32,000 nucleotides of DNA from Candidatus Altimarinota bacterium (GTDB taxonomy: Bacteria > Patescibacteriota > Gracilibacteria > UBA1369), in NCBI GenBank assembly GCA_041659405.1, contig JBAZYK010000007.1, positions 1 to 32,000 of the forward strand. The letters run 5' to 3'. This document shows, piece after piece, positions 22,386 through 32,000 of the stretch. Positions within the stretch are counted from its first letter, which is position 1. Each line of letters begins with the position of its first letter. The notes beneath the pieces are model-generated. The model did no database searches. It worked only from the letters and a program-made list of their open reading frames with translations, and had not been told where the DNA came from. A program made the translations under genes and the position numbers.

Positions 22386-23600
22386 TTAAGAGGGGTTAGA
22401 AAAATATGAAAACAGATAGCATTTGATGTTTCCGTTAAATAATTTGCGATTTTTGTCTGCTGGACGGCCAAAAAGCAATGGGAAATTTTCGTTGGAAGTT
22501 ATTATAAACAGTGAGCAGTTTTTGGTTTGAGCGAATTTTTTTCCAAATTGGCGGTACATTTCTATTACGTGGGCTTGTTCTTCCAGGCGGTCACCGTATG
22601 GCGGATTGGTGACGAACGTGCAGTTTTCAAACTTGCTGAAGTCCAGGTCGTTAAAGTCGGCGCGTTTAAAATTGATGCTGGTAAAACCGGCGCGTTTGGC
22701 ATTTTCCTGCGCTATTTCCAAAGCTTGCGCATCAATATCAAAACAGTAAATGGGGATTTTTTTTGAAGATTTGGCGTCTTGAATTTTTGCTGTGTCTGCC
22801 TGGTCGGCATTGGTTTCCGGTGTTTGTTTTTCGCTGCCTGCTGCGGCTTCGTTTGCTTCATCATAGGCTTCTTTGATTTTTTTTGGATCAATCCACGGCC
22901 AATTTTGAAAGGCGAATTCGCGCTTTAATCCTGGGGCAATGTCGCTTGCCATCAGGGCCGCTTCAATTGCAATGGTTCCACTTCCGCAGAAAGGGTCAAC
23001 AAAGCTTCGTTCGGGTATTCCGTTGGGTAATCCGGCGGGTAGCCAGTCCGAAAGTTTGACCATGGCGGCAGCTAAAGTTTCTTTAATGGGAGCCAAATTT
23101 GCCTTAAGGCGATACCCGCGTTTGTGCAGACTTTCTCCGGAAGAATCAATACTAATGGTAAATTGATCTTTGTTGGCCTTAACCATAATTTGGTAAACAG
23201 CCCCCGAATTTTCCGGCAGAATCTCCAAATTGTATTTTTGCTGCAATCTTTTCACAATTGCTTTTTTGACGATGCTTTGGATGGCCGGTTCGCTGTGGAG
23301 CATCGATTTTGCGCTGGTTGCCTGTACCGGGAAAGAATCATTGATACCAATGTGTTTTTCCCATTCAATTGGCTGAATTTGATCAAAAAGATCGTCAAAA
23401 GTGGTGGCTTCAAATTCGTCGATTTTAATTTGAACGCGGTCGGCACAGCGCAGCCAAAGATTGGCTCTAATAAGCGCAAGTTCGTCGCCTTCAAAAGTAA
23501 CCTTTCCATCTTCGGTTTTGGTAGTCCAAAGCTTAAGGTTTCTAAGTTCATCTTGGACGAGTTTTTCCAGTCCAAAGGCGCAGGTTGCAATAAGTTCCAT
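22386..23600 (-). CDS. THUMP-domain class I SAM-dependent RNA methyltransferase (RlmL/Trm14-like)
   Basis: 404-aa ORF with a THUMP-like N-terminal half. SAM motif I DPFCGSGTIAIEAA and motif IV VTNPPYG, with a charged insert between them. Confidence 0.8.
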   Translation of the reverse strand: MELIATCAFGLEKLVQDELRNLKLWTTKTEDGKVTFEGDELALIRANLWLRCADRVQIKIDEFEATTFDDLFDQIQPIEWEKHIGINDSFPVQATSAKSMLHSEPAIQSIVKKAIVKRLQQKYNLEILPENSGAVYQIMVKANKDQFTISIDSSGESLHKRGYRLKANLAPIKETLAAAMVKLSDWLPAGLPNGIPERSFVDPFCGSGTIAIEAALMASDIAPGLKREFAFQNWPWIDPKKIKEAYDEANEAAAGSEKQTPETNADQADTAKIQDAKSSKKIPIYCFDIDAQALEIAQENAKRAGFTSINFKRADFNDLDFSKFENCTFVTNPPYGDRLEEQAHVIEMYRQFGKKFAQTKNCSLFIITSNENFPLLFGRPADKNRKLFNGNIKCYLFSYFSNPS

Positions 23601-23729
23601 GGATATATTTTAGGTAATTTACCACTGTGGCAGCTGTAAAATAGCACAAACCCGTGTTATAGTGCCATTTGATTTGCTAAACCGGGAGAGGTTTGGGGAT
23701 TAAGGATCTTAATTTTTAATGAAATTTTC

Positions 23730-24215
23730 ATGTATTTGCTCCTGCTTACTATTGCCATGTGTTTGGCTTATGTAGTTCTTTATTTCTTGTTTTCGTTCTT
23801 TTTTAAAAACAAATTTACACCAATTACAGGTAAATCTTTTATTTCGATATTTTTAATAATTATAGTTAGTTTTATTGCTTATACAGCCAGTTTCGGTGTT
23901 GCAGATCCGGAGCTTGGCAATAGAATTATGCATATGTTTGGTGGAGGATTTCTGGCTTTTATGGTTTGCTTTTTGGTCGTTAAAGATAGCAAATTGGCAA
24001 TTAACAAATTCCAGTTTTTTATCTTTAGTTTTTTGATTGTGATTGCTTTGGGCGTTGCCAATGAAATAGCGGAATTTTTCCTGCAAAATTTTGCATATTT
24101 AAGGTTTTCTTCAAGCATAAATGATACCTGGCTGGATTTGATCAGTAATGTTATTGGCGCTTTGATTGCAGCTGTCTGCTTTGTGCCTTTTTTGAAAAGG
24201 AACACTAAAATTTAA
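23730..24215 (+). CDS. Hypothetical polytopic membrane protein
   Basis: 161-aa ORF with 4-5 hydrophobic helices. No motif recognised. Confidence 0.6.
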   Translation: MYLLLLTIAMCLAYVVLYFLFSFFFKNKFTPITGKSFISIFLIIIVSFIAYTASFGVADPELGNRIMHMFGGGFLAFMVCFLVVKDSKLAINKFQFFIFSFLIVIALGVANEIAEFFLQNFAYLRFSSSINDTWLDLISNVIGALIAAVCFVPFLKRNTKI

Positions 24216-24287
24216 TTTTTTGTAATACTTTTTCCTGTATAGTGTTGTTAATGTCGTGTTATTGATTAAAATTTTATAAATTTATTT

Positions 24288-25787
24288 ATGTTGAAAAATA
24301 CTTCTAAATTATTGTTTTTAGCCTTTAGTGTAATGTTTTTGGGAGTTGGTTGTTCTTTGCAACAATCTCAAGTTGCTCAAAATCAAGGGGCGACTCAAAC
24401 ACAAGGAAGTTCACAGGCCAAAAGTTCTGACCAGATTTCTTCGTTAAAACAGGTTTTTCTGGCTGGTGTTCCAAAGGTGGATTTTGCGCATTTGAATCTT
24501 GCGGATTTTCCTTCGGTGGATGAAAGTTATAGCATTTTAAAGCCAATTGTTTGGAATAATAAAGTTTTTGTAAATTCCAATCCTTATATACTTGAATATG
24601 ATTTGAAGGGGAATTTGCTTGAATATGCAAATTTTAACAGTACGGATTGTGGGCGTGATTTGGCATTAATCAATGATTCCTTATATGTGGCGTGCAATGG
24701 AAAAGGGATTTACGAAATTGATCTGAATGCAAATAAAGTTAGTTATTTTTATACTCAAAAAGATGGGCTTAAAGAATTGCGTAATCTTCAATTTGCGGTT
24801 GATGCCGATACTCTTTGGGTAGGGACTTTTGAAGGAGTGGCTAAAATCGATACAAAGGCTCACAAGGCCACAGTTTATGGTAAAGAATTAAATATTGGGG
24901 GAAGTGCGTTTGGTTCTAATGTTTATGCCCATAATGGCCAGGTTTGGGTTGTGGTTGGGTCGAATGCCTATAATAATGGTGGAATATCTAATTACGATAA
25001 GAATGCTGATAAATGGGATACTTATCAGGCCAAAGATCTTAAAGAAAAAGATTTGACCCGTTTGGATGTGATGTATGGCGATTTGATGGTTGCAGATCAA
25101 GGAGTTTATGCGATTTTCCAGGATGGTGGCCCTGAAAATGTTGTTTTAAAAAAGTTTGATTCTGCTCAAAAAAAATGGACGACGGTTTATCATGATGCTT
25201 ATCTTAAATTTAACAAAGGAGTAGCCAAATATTTGCCACCTGTCGAGACTTATAGGAATTTTGATTATGACCTTAATGCTCAAGATAATTCCAGCAGCTT
25301 ATTTTCTACAATTAGAGTTTTCCTTGATGGTAAGTGGGTAAGTGTTCCAATTGTCGCAAAAAAATATGTGACTCTTTCTACGCTTGTAAAAGGGACTTAT
25401 TATCTTTTAAGCGCTTCCGGAATTGATTCTTTTACAGAAGAAGATGCTTTTCCAAAGGCTTTAGTTAAAACTCCTGTTTATGCGCTTGAGGTCGCTCCAA
25501 GATTCTTTGTCACCGGCGATCAAAAGTACGTCGTTTATGTTGCAGTTGATTTTAATGCGTATGGTGGAACCACAGATGCTTATTCTGTAGGAATTTATGA
25601 TACTGAAATTCAGAAATTCTATAATTCCGAAATCAAGAACGAAAAGCAGGCGGCTGATTTTCCTCAGATTGATATTGAGAAAGCTAAATTTAGTATTAAG
25701 GGACAAAAAATTATGCTTCCCGCTGATGGAGACAGAAATTTGGTGATTGATCTTGTAACCAAAAAAGCTGCGTTTGTGAAAAATTAA
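24288..25787 (+). CDS. Secreted protein/putative lipoprotein, function unknown
   Basis: 499-aa ORF with signal peptide ...VMFLGVGCSLQQ (weak lipobox). The body looks beta-rich. Confidence 0.65.
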   Translation: MLKNTSKLLFLAFSVMFLGVGCSLQQSQVAQNQGATQTQGSSQAKSSDQISSLKQVFLAGVPKVDFAHLNLADFPSVDESYSILKPIVWNNKVFVNSNPYILEYDLKGNLLEYANFNSTDCGRDLALINDSLYVACNGKGIYEIDLNANKVSYFYTQKDGLKELRNLQFAVDADTLWVGTFEGVAKIDTKAHKATVYGKELNIGGSAFGSNVYAHNGQVWVVVGSNAYNNGGISNYDKNADKWDTYQAKDLKEKDLTRLDVMYGDLMVADQGVYAIFQDGGPENVVLKKFDSAQKKWTTVYHDAYLKFNKGVAKYLPPVETYRNFDYDLNAQDNSSSLFSTIRVFLDGKWVSVPIVAKKYVTLSTLVKGTYYLLSASGIDSFTEEDAFPKALVKTPVYALEVAPRFFVTGDQKYVVYVAVDFNAYGGTTDAYSVGIYDTEIQKFYNSEIKNEKQAADFPQIDIEKAKFSIKGQKIMLPADGDRNLVIDLVTKKAAFVKN

Positions 25788-26383
25788 TTTCCTGTTTTCA
25801 GTATTCCTTTTTCGCAAATAATTCCCGTAATATCGACGAGTTCTGTAAGATCGTATGCGGGATTTCTTAGCATAATTTTTGAAGGTGCTTTATACCAAAT
25901 TTCCTTTGATGGCCGCGTTTTATTGAGCATCATTTTGGCCTGTTTTTCATTGGCTGATTTTTTCAAACTGGTGCAGGCAAAACTTGGAACTTGAAGCATT
26001 TTGGCAAGTTTGATCATCAAGGTTGTTCCGTTTTTGTTGATGATCTTTTTTGTTGAAGTCAGGGAATCCACGCCAAATAAAAAAAGGTCGGATTGTCGAA
26101 GATTTTGAAGGGCTAAAACATCGACGGTAATCGTTACTGGAATGTTCAATTTTGCCAGTTCTTTAGCCATTATTATGCCTGTAAGATTTGGGCGGGTTTC
26201 ACTGCAAATTACCTGAAAATCTTTTTTTTGAGTTTTGGCTTTTTTGAAGATTTCTAAAACGGTTTGCGAGTAGCAAAAAGTAAAAATGGTCATTCCATCT
26301 TTGATCAGGTCTGCTCCAAGGGCCGAAATTTTTCCCAGTGCCAATGAGGATTTTTTCAATTTTTTAGTTTGAGTTGAAGGCAT
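25784..26383 (-). CDS. Short eIF-2B/MtnA/ribose-1,5-bisphosphate-isomerase family homologue (C-terminal catalytic domain only)
   Basis: 199-aa ORF ...DGMTIFTFCYSQTVLEIF...FQVICSETRPNLTG...FLFGVDSL...INKNGTTLMIKLAK...RNPAYDLTELVDITGIICEKG. It aligns by eye with the Rossmann-like domain of the IF-2B family, including the Cys (TFCYS) and Asp (GVDS) positions. Its start overlaps the trpA stop by 20 nt. Confidence 0.65.
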   Translation of the reverse strand: MPSTQTKKLKKSSLALGKISALGADLIKDGMTIFTFCYSQTVLEIFKKAKTQKKDFQVICSETRPNLTGIIMAKELAKLNIPVTITVDVLALQNLRQSDLFLFGVDSLTSTKKIINKNGTTLMIKLAKMLQVPSFACTSLKKSANEKQAKMMLNKTRPSKEIWYKAPSKIMLRNPAYDLTELVDITGIICEKGILKTGN

Positions 26384-27143
26384 CTTTAAATTTTTTTAGA
26401 GTTAAAGGTAGTTTTTTGAAAGGTGTTTTTACCAGCTTGCTGCCAATAATAAGACCATCTGTGTTTGTTTTTTGAAGCTCTTTAATGTGTCCGGGAGTGG
26501 AAATTCCAAATCCAATCATTAAAGGAAGCAAGCTGTGTTTTTGTAATTTCCGGATAAGTTTTTTGACGTTATCGTTCAAGTTTTTTCTTTCTCCGGTGAC
26601 TCCCATTGTGCTCACAACATAATAAAAACCGCTGCTAAATTTTTCTAATTTTTTTAGGCGATTCAAAGTTGTGTTTTCGCTGACAATCATGACTTGATGA
26701 ATGCCATTTTGCTTGGCTGCTTGATGAAATGGCGCAATTTCTTCCAGAGGTATGTCGGCGATTAAAATGCTATCTGCTCCGGCGTTTTTTAGATCTTTAT
26801 AAAACTTTTTAATGCCATATTGCAGGACAATATTTCCATAACATAAAATCCCAATGGGAATTTGGGTTATAGTTCTTATTTTGGTGATGAGTTCAAGGCA
26901 ATCCCTGGTGCTAATTCCTGAATTTAAGGCTTCTTCATCTGCAATTTGAATTGCCGGACCATCCGCAACCGGATCAGAGAAGGGGATTCCAAGTTCCAAA
27001 ATATCCGCTCCTGCTTTGATGTATTCTTGAATGCGTTTAAAAGATTCATTTTTATTTGGATGTCCAAGCACGGCAAAAGGGCAAAATGCGGGTTTCTTTT
27101 TATTCTGCAATTCTTTAAAGGTCTGGGCGTAACGGTCAATCAT
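26364..27143 (-). CDS. trpA: Tryptophan synthase alpha chain
   Basis: 259-aa ORF with ELGIPFSDPVADGPAIQ and the typical TIM-barrel pattern. Confidence 0.9.
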   Translation of the reverse strand: MIDRYAQTFKELQNKKKPAFCPFAVLGHPNKNESFKRIQEYIKAGADILELGIPFSDPVADGPAIQIADEEALNSGISTRDCLELITKIRTITQIPIGILCYGNIVLQYGIKKFYKDLKNAGADSILIADIPLEEIAPFHQAAKQNGIHQVMIVSENTTLNRLKKLEKFSSGFYYVVSTMGVTGERKNLNDNVKKLIRKLQKHSLLPLMIGFGISTPGHIKELQKTNTDGLIIGSKLVKTPFKKLPLTLKKFKDAFNSN

Positions 27144-27168
27144 AATGTAAGTAGGTGATTGGGCAAAA

Positions 27169-28314
27169 TTAAAATTTTAAAATGTTGGCAATTTGATTAA
27201 GGTCTTTATCTCCGCGCCCCGAAAGGTTAACGATTACAACAGAATCAGCTGGAATTTTTCCTGCAAGTTTTTTGGCATAAGCAAGAGCATGTGAAGATTC
27301 CAAAGCCGGAATGATTCCTTCTTCTTTTGCTAAAAGCTGAAAAGCATCAAGGGCTTCCTGGTCTGTAATTGGAACGTACGAAGCTCTTTTTTGATCTTTT
27401 AAAGCGCTGTGTTCAGGCCCAACTCCCGGGTAATCCAAACCTGCAGAAATGCTCTGACTTTCTATAATTTGGCCGTCACTGTTTTGCAGAACGTACGATA
27501 ATGATCCATGTAAAATGCCGGGTTTCCCTTTTTCTAACGAGGCACCTTGCGCGGCTTCAACTCCAATTAATTCCACTTTTGAATCTTTGATAAATGCTGA
27601 AAAAATGCCAATTGCGTTACTTCCTCCACCAACACAGGCAATAATTTTATTTGGTAATTTTCCGGTTTGGGCCAGGATTTGTTTTTTTGTTTCTTCGCCA
27701 ATTACTTTTTGAAAGTAACGGACAATGCTGGGAAAAGGGTGTGGCCCGGCGACTGTTCCAAACAAATAATAGGCATCCTGGTTGTGGGCGACATAATATC
27801 TTAATGCTTCATTGATGGCGTCCTTCAAGGTTTTTGAGCCATTTTGGACGGAGATGACTTCAGCTCCGCAGAGTTTCATGCGTAGGACATTGGCGTGTTG
27901 TCTTTCCACATCTTTGGCTCCCATGAAAATTTTTACGGGGATTCCCAGTAGTGCGCCAGAAAGCGCTGTGGCAAAGCCATGTTGTCCCGCTCCGGTTTCG
28001 GCAATAATTTCTTTTTTGCCCATGTATTTGGCAAGTAATGCCTGTCCAAGCGCATTATTGGTTTTGTGCGCGCCTCCATGCAAAAGATCTTCGCGCTTAA
28101 GATAAAGCTTAAATCCAAATTTTCTGGAAAGATTTTCGGCATAAAATAAAGGGGTTGGTCGACCGGCAAAATTTTGCAGCAAGTCTTTAAGTCTTTGTTT
28201 TTGCTGCTGATCTTTTTTAAAAGCAGCAAAGGCTTTTTCCACTTCTTGCAGAGCGGGAACAAGCATTTCATTTACAAAAATTCCGCCGTAATTTCCAAAA
28301 TAACCTTTTTTCAT
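27169..28314 (-). CDS. trpB: Tryptophan synthase beta chain
   Basis: 381-aa ORF with HGGAHKTNN (PLP lysine region), VGGGSNAIG and [11 protein letters not shown]. Confidence 0.93.
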   Translation of the reverse strand: MKKGYFGNYGGIFVNEMLVPALQEVEKAFAAFKKDQQQKQRLKDLLQNFAGRPTPLFYAENLSRKFGFKLYLKREDLLHGGAHKTNNALGQALLAKYMGKKEIIAETGAGQHGFATALSGALLGIPVKIFMGAKDVERQHANVLRMKLCGAEVISVQNGSKTLKDAINEALRYYVAHNQDAYYLFGTVAGPHPFPSIVRYFQKVIGEETKKQILAQTGKLPNKIIACVGGGSNAIGIFSAFIKDSKVELIGVEAAQGASLEKGKPGILHGSLSYVLQNSDGQIIESQSISAGLDYPGVGPEHSALKDQKRASYVPITDQEALDAFQLLAKEEGIIPALESSHALAYAKKLAGKIPADSVVIVNLSGRGDKDLNQIANILKF

Positions 28315-29309
28315 AAAACATTTTGATAATGAGATAATTTTTTCATGAGGTCACTGAAACTTTTTAGATCCAAAGATTGTTGGCCGTCGGATAAGGCTTT
28401 TTGTGGCTCAGGATGAACCTCTAAAATCAGTCCATGCGCGCCAACGGCGTATGAAGCCAAAGAAAGGGGAGTCACCAAAGAAGATATTCCACTGGCATGG
28501 CTTGGATCGGTTATAATTGGTAAATGACTGACTTGTTTGATTAAAGCCACAATATTCAGGTCCAAAGTATTGCGGGTGGCTGTTTCAAAAGTCCTGATGC
28601 CTCTTTCACATAAAATTACATTGGGATTTCCGGCATTAAGGATATATTCGGCGGCAAGTAAAAACTCATCCATTCGCGCTGCCAGGCCACGTTTTAGCAG
28701 AATTGGTTTTTTTAGTTTCCCAACCTCCTGCAGCATTTCAAAATTTTGCATGTTGCGGGCGCCAATTTGAATAATGTCAGTATATTCGGCCACAACATCA
28801 ATATTTTTTACATGTAAAAGTTCGGTGACGATTGGTAACCCAAAGCGTATTTTGGCCTTTTTTAAGAGCTTTAATCCTTCCAGGCCCAATCCCTGAAAAG
28901 CATACGGCGTTGTTCTTGGTTTAAAAGCTCCTCCGCGCAAAATGTGTGCTCCGGCTTTTTTAACGCCTTCGGCGACAGTCATAATTTGTTCTTCGGATTC
29001 AACACTGCATGGGCCGGCCATTACTATAAAATCTTTACCAATTTCGTGCCCTCCAACTTTAATGATGGTGTCTTCATTTTTGAATTCACGACTGACCAGT
29101 TTATAAGGTTTGGTGACGCGAATGATTTCTTTAACTCCGGGAAATCGTCCTAAAGCACTGGCGATTTCATAGTTTTTATCGCCCAAAACCCCGATGGCGG
29201 TGCGGAAACTCCCGGGAATCATCTGCGCTTTAAAACCCAATGATTCAATCTGTTCAACGAGGATTTGAATATCATTTTCTGAAGCATTTTTTTCGAGTAC
29301 AACTAGCAT
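28311..29309 (-). CDS. aroF: 3-deoxy-7-phosphoheptulonate (DAHP) synthase, type I-beta with an N-terminal regulatory domain
   Basis: 332-aa ORF with [18 protein letters not shown] and DPSHASG. The ~65-aa N-terminal ferredoxin-like extension resembles Thermotoga-type enzymes. It overlaps the trpB start by 4 nt. Confidence 0.85.
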   Translation of the reverse strand: MLVVLEKNASENDIQILVEQIESLGFKAQMIPGSFRTAIGVLGDKNYEIASALGRFPGVKEIIRVTKPYKLVSREFKNEDTIIKVGGHEIGKDFIVMAGPCSVESEEQIMTVAEGVKKAGAHILRGGAFKPRTTPYAFQGLGLEGLKLLKKAKIRFGLPIVTELLHVKNIDVVAEYTDIIQIGARNMQNFEMLQEVGKLKKPILLKRGLAARMDEFLLAAEYILNAGNPNVILCERGIRTFETATRNTLDLNIVALIKQVSHLPIITDPSHASGISSLVTPLSLASYAVGAHGLILEVHPEPQKALSDGQQSLDLKSFSDLMKKLSHYQNVL

Positions 29310-29336
29310 AAAAATTTTGTAAATAATTAATCGAAA

Positions 29337-30041
29337 TTAAATTGTGGGAGTGGTTCCTGTAAAAGTTTCCAGTTTTTTTTGAGGATGATCAGAAGTTAAA
29401 AGTGATGTTCCAATCAAAACTCCATCAATTTTGCCTTGATATGGTTTTAGTTCATCTGCAGCGGAAAAAGCACTTTCAATAATGATTGGATTTTTGGTTT
29501 TGATTTTGTCGAGCAAGGAAAGTCCATGATAGACATTGATTTTTAAAGTTTTAAGATCACGATTGTTGATGCCGATGATTATGCCTTCCTGATCAAGTAA
29601 ATCCATGATTTTTTTCAAATCTTCCTCGTCATGAATTTCAATCAGTGGGGTTAATCCTTGGGCCAGGCTATAAGCTGCTAGCTCTTGTAGCTGGTCTTTT
29701 TGAAGGTTGTGGGCAATTAACAAAATTCCGGAAGCACCTGCCTGCACAGTTTGATCAACGTCGTTTTTGCTCGTAAGAAAATCTTTTCGCAGGATTGGCA
29801 GTTTGGTCATTGTTTTGATCTTTTTTAAAAGTTCCAGGCTACCATTGAAACGCAGTTTGTCGCTTATGACAGAGATAGCTCTGGCCCCACCGGCTTCATA
29901 GGCTTTCACCAAATCTGTTTCCGAATGCCTGGTAAAATCTCCGTGACTTGGGGACTTTTTTTTGATTTCAGCAATCACGGAAATCTGATTTTTTCCGGCA
30001 ATGGCTTTATAAAATCCGTAATTTTTGTAGGAATTATTCAT
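29337..30041 (-). CDS. trpC: Indole-3-glycerol-phosphate synthase (monofunctional, no TrpF fusion)
   Basis: 234-aa ORF with VIAEIKKKSPS, ILRKDF, IEIHDEED and IGINNRDL. Confidence 0.88.
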   Translation of the reverse strand: MNNSYKNYGFYKAIAGKNQISVIAEIKKKSPSHGDFTRHSETDLVKAYEAGGARAISVISDKLRFNGSLELLKKIKTMTKLPILRKDFLTSKNDVDQTVQAGASGILLIAHNLQKDQLQELAAYSLAQGLTPLIEIHDEEDLKKIMDLLDQEGIIIGINNRDLKTLKINVYHGLSLLDKIKTKNPIIIESAFSAADELKPYQGKIDGVLIGTSLLTSDHPQKKLETFTGTTPTI

Positions 30042-31620
30042 TGGAAATTTCTTTATAATCTAAAAATTTCTGGTAAGCTTTGCCACTTTTAATTGTTGCT
30101 TTTGCCATCTCCAATCCTGCAGGAATGCTTTTGGATAAACCTCTTACGTAAAGCCCAAAAGCACAATTTATAAGTAATAAATTCTGGAGTGATTCGGGCG
30201 CTTTCCCTTGTAAAAGTAAGTGAAAATATTCAATGTTTTTTTTAAGATCTCCACCGGAAATTTTGGCAAATTCAGTTGCCGACTTAATTCCAAGATCTTC
30301 AGGTTGAAAAATGAATTTTTTGATTTCACCATCTGCAAGTTCAAAACAATAGGTCTTACCATGCAGGGTGACCTCGTCTAAGCCATTTTCAGATGTAACC
30401 ACCATGGCGCGTTTGGATCCTGTTTTTTGCAGTACGGAAATTAATTTTTCGGCGGTTGCTTTTTTGTTTGTGCCAAGAAGCTGATATTCCGGATTAGCAG
30501 GATTAATTAGCGGTCCAATGACATTAAAAATGGTTCTAAAGCCAAGCTGTTTCCGGATTGGCATAAAAATTTTCATGGCTGGATGAAACGCTGGAGCATA
30601 AAGAAAAACTATTCCTAGTTTGCTCATCATCTTTTTTATTTTTTCAGGATTGAGTTGGATGTTGATTCCGAGTCCTTCTAAAAGGTCAAAACTACCGCAT
30701 CTGCCCGAGGCTGCCCTGTTTCCATGTTTGGCAATTTTTACGCCGCAAGCCGCAAGTACAAAGGCTACAGTGGTAGAAACATTCATTCTGGGTAGCCCCG
30801 ATCCACCTGTTCCACACGTGTCCATTAAATCTTTTTCATTAAAGCCAAGATTTATAGCATGATTTTTTAAACTCATCACAGCTCCGGTGATTTCATCGAT
30901 GCTTTCGCCTTTTTGGGCTAGCTTACTCAGAATATCGGCAATTTCATTTTGTGAATATTGGCCATCAATCATGTCATCAAATAATTTTTTGGTTGATTCT
31001 GTTACGTCGTGTTTTTTGCCACTTTTCTTTTGTTGTTGATTTGTGATTTTTAGAAAATTTTCCAGAATTAATTTACCTTCGGGCGTTCCAATACTTTCAG
31101 GATGAAATTGAACTCCAAAAACAGGAAATTTTTTATGTGATATGGCCATGATTAAGCCATCTTTCGTCTCTGCGATAATTTGTAAATCTTTGGGTAAAGA
31201 AGATTTTTCGCCAATTAGAGAGTGATAGCGCATTACCGAAATTTTTTCCGGAAGATTTTTGAAGAGAGCATGTTCACTGTTAATTTTGATCTGGCTTTGT
31301 TTTCCGTGAACTGGCAGCGGTGCGCGAATAACTTTTCCTCCAAACTCATTAATTATTCCTTGGTGTCCCAGGCAAACTCCCAGGAGCGGAATTTTACCCG
31401 AAAAATAATTAATTACGTCCGCGCATATTCCAAAATCCCGCTTATTCCCCGGTTCTCCTGGCCCCGGCGATAAAATAATGTGGGTATATTTTTCTTTTTT
31501 GATATTCTCAATGCTGATTTTATTATTTCGATGTACTTCCGGATTCCCGTTAAGCTCATGACAAAGCTGATAAAGGTTATAAGTGAAAGAATCAAAATTA
31601 TCGATGATAAGAGTTTTCAT
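30034..31620 (-). CDS. trpGD: Fused anthranilate synthase component II (glutamine amidotransferase) / anthranilate phosphoribosyltransferase
   Basis: 528-aa ORF. The N-terminal GATase carries GVCLGHQ and FHPES. The C-terminal TrpD carries DTCGTGG and KHGNRAASGRCGSFDLLE. Confidence 0.9.
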   Translation of the reverse strand: MKTLIIDNFDSFTYNLYQLCHELNGNPEVHRNNKISIENIKKEKYTHIILSPGPGEPGNKRDFGICADVINYFSGKIPLLGVCLGHQGIINEFGGKVIRAPLPVHGKQSQIKINSEHALFKNLPEKISVMRYHSLIGEKSSLPKDLQIIAETKDGLIMAISHKKFPVFGVQFHPESIGTPEGKLILENFLKITNQQQKKSGKKHDVTESTKKLFDDMIDGQYSQNEIADILSKLAQKGESIDEITGAVMSLKNHAINLGFNEKDLMDTCGTGGSGLPRMNVSTTVAFVLAACGVKIAKHGNRAASGRCGSFDLLEGLGINIQLNPEKIKKMMSKLGIVFLYAPAFHPAMKIFMPIRKQLGFRTIFNVIGPLINPANPEYQLLGTNKKATAEKLISVLQKTGSKRAMVVTSENGLDEVTLHGKTYCFELADGEIKKFIFQPEDLGIKSATEFAKISGGDLKKNIEYFHLLLQGKAPESLQNLLLINCAFGLYVRGLSKSIPAGLEMAKATIKSGKAYQKFLDYKEISNE

Positions 31621-32000
31621 ATGATAAGGCTTTTAAGTGGCCCCTTGGCTTTGTTTTGGCATTCTGAATTTTCATTTTTGGGCAGGGAGTCATAAACAAT
31701 TCCTGCGCCTGCTCTTAAGTAAATTTGGCCGTCTTTGTAGAGCATTGTTCTGATTGCTATGGCAAAATCCATGTTTCCGTTGAAGCCAAAATAGCCCACT
31801 GCTCCGCCATAAATTTCTCTTGGTACTTTTTCTAATTTGGCGATAATTTCCATGGCTCTAACTTTTGGCGCACCGGTTAAAGTCCCGGCAGGAAAAGTCG
31901 CCTGGAAAACATCAAAAATCGATTTTTTAGGATCACGGGTTCCGGTGATTTCTGAAACCATGTGCATAACCTGATCGAATTTTTGAATGCTCATAAGGTT
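31617..32000 (-). CDS. trpE: Anthranilate synthase component I, C-terminal part (gene continues beyond the right edge)
   Basis: ...FPAGTLTGAPKVRAMEII...IYGGAVGYFGFNGNMDFAIAIRT...AGAGIVYDS. Its stop overlaps the trpGD start (ATGA). The M at 31994 in the track is internal. Confidence 0.88.
   Translation of the reverse strand, partial: NLMSIQKFDQVMHMVSEITGTRDPKKSIFDVFQATFPAGTLTGAPKVRAMEIIAKLEKVPREIYGGAVGYFGFNGNMDFAIAIRTMLYKDGQIYLRAGAGIVYDSLPKNENSECQNKAKGPLKSLII

Noticed and set aside
22527-23647. ORFs overlapping the THUMP methyltransferase on either strand
   Set aside because: The 404-aa frame carries clear SAM-MTase motifs. The others are shadow ORFs.
1-32000. Alternative genetic code (UGA recoding, as in some candidate phyla)
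   Set aside because: Long, motif-complete ORFs are obtained with the standard code. Several genes end at TGA exactly where the next gene starts (for example dcm/HNH and trpE/trpGD with ATGA overlaps).

Overview
This is an AT-rich bacterial window. By eye it looks like an uncultivated, low-GC lineage rich in SLH and surface proteins, but no taxonomic assignment can be made from the sequence alone. All protein calls rest on motifs read from the supplied translations; no database search was run.

The window has three parts.

(1) 1-11.5 kb is an accessory, defence-like region. It holds:
- an IS3-like transposase fragment at the left edge;
- a membrane-anchored Mrr-type nuclease;
- a hairpin-dense non-coding locus;
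- HU, a frameshifted SLH/peptidase gene and a HAD hydrolase;
- a tightly coupled four-gene operon (143-aa unknown, Z1-domain P-loop NTPase, C5-cytosine methyltransferase, HNH nuclease with an unknown N-terminal domain);
- SRPBCC and DUF3800-like genes.

A ~55-nt block (extended -10 TGCTAYAAT plus a 40-nt motif ending ACTGGTCAGCCA) occurs three times in direct orientation. The copies lie in front of the Mrr-like gene, the hairpin locus and the Z1/Dcm/HNH operon.

(2) 11.5-25.8 kb holds small hypothetical and membrane proteins, a truncated DinD-like gene and a KilA-N gene that share a duplicated upstream block, a collagen-like GQP-repeat protein, a ~900-aa SLH repeat surface protein, a CPBP protease, a THUMP RNA methyltransferase and putative lipoproteins.

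(3) 25.8-32 kb is a minus-strand tryptophan operon: trpE (partial), trpGD, trpC, DAHP synthase, trpB, trpA. It has no trpF. It ends with a short eIF-2B/MtnA-family sugar-phosphate isomerase homologue that overlaps the trpA stop.

The most interesting candidates are the Z1/Dcm/HNH operon with its shared leader block, the hairpin-array RNA locus, and the possible non-orthologous TrpF replacement.
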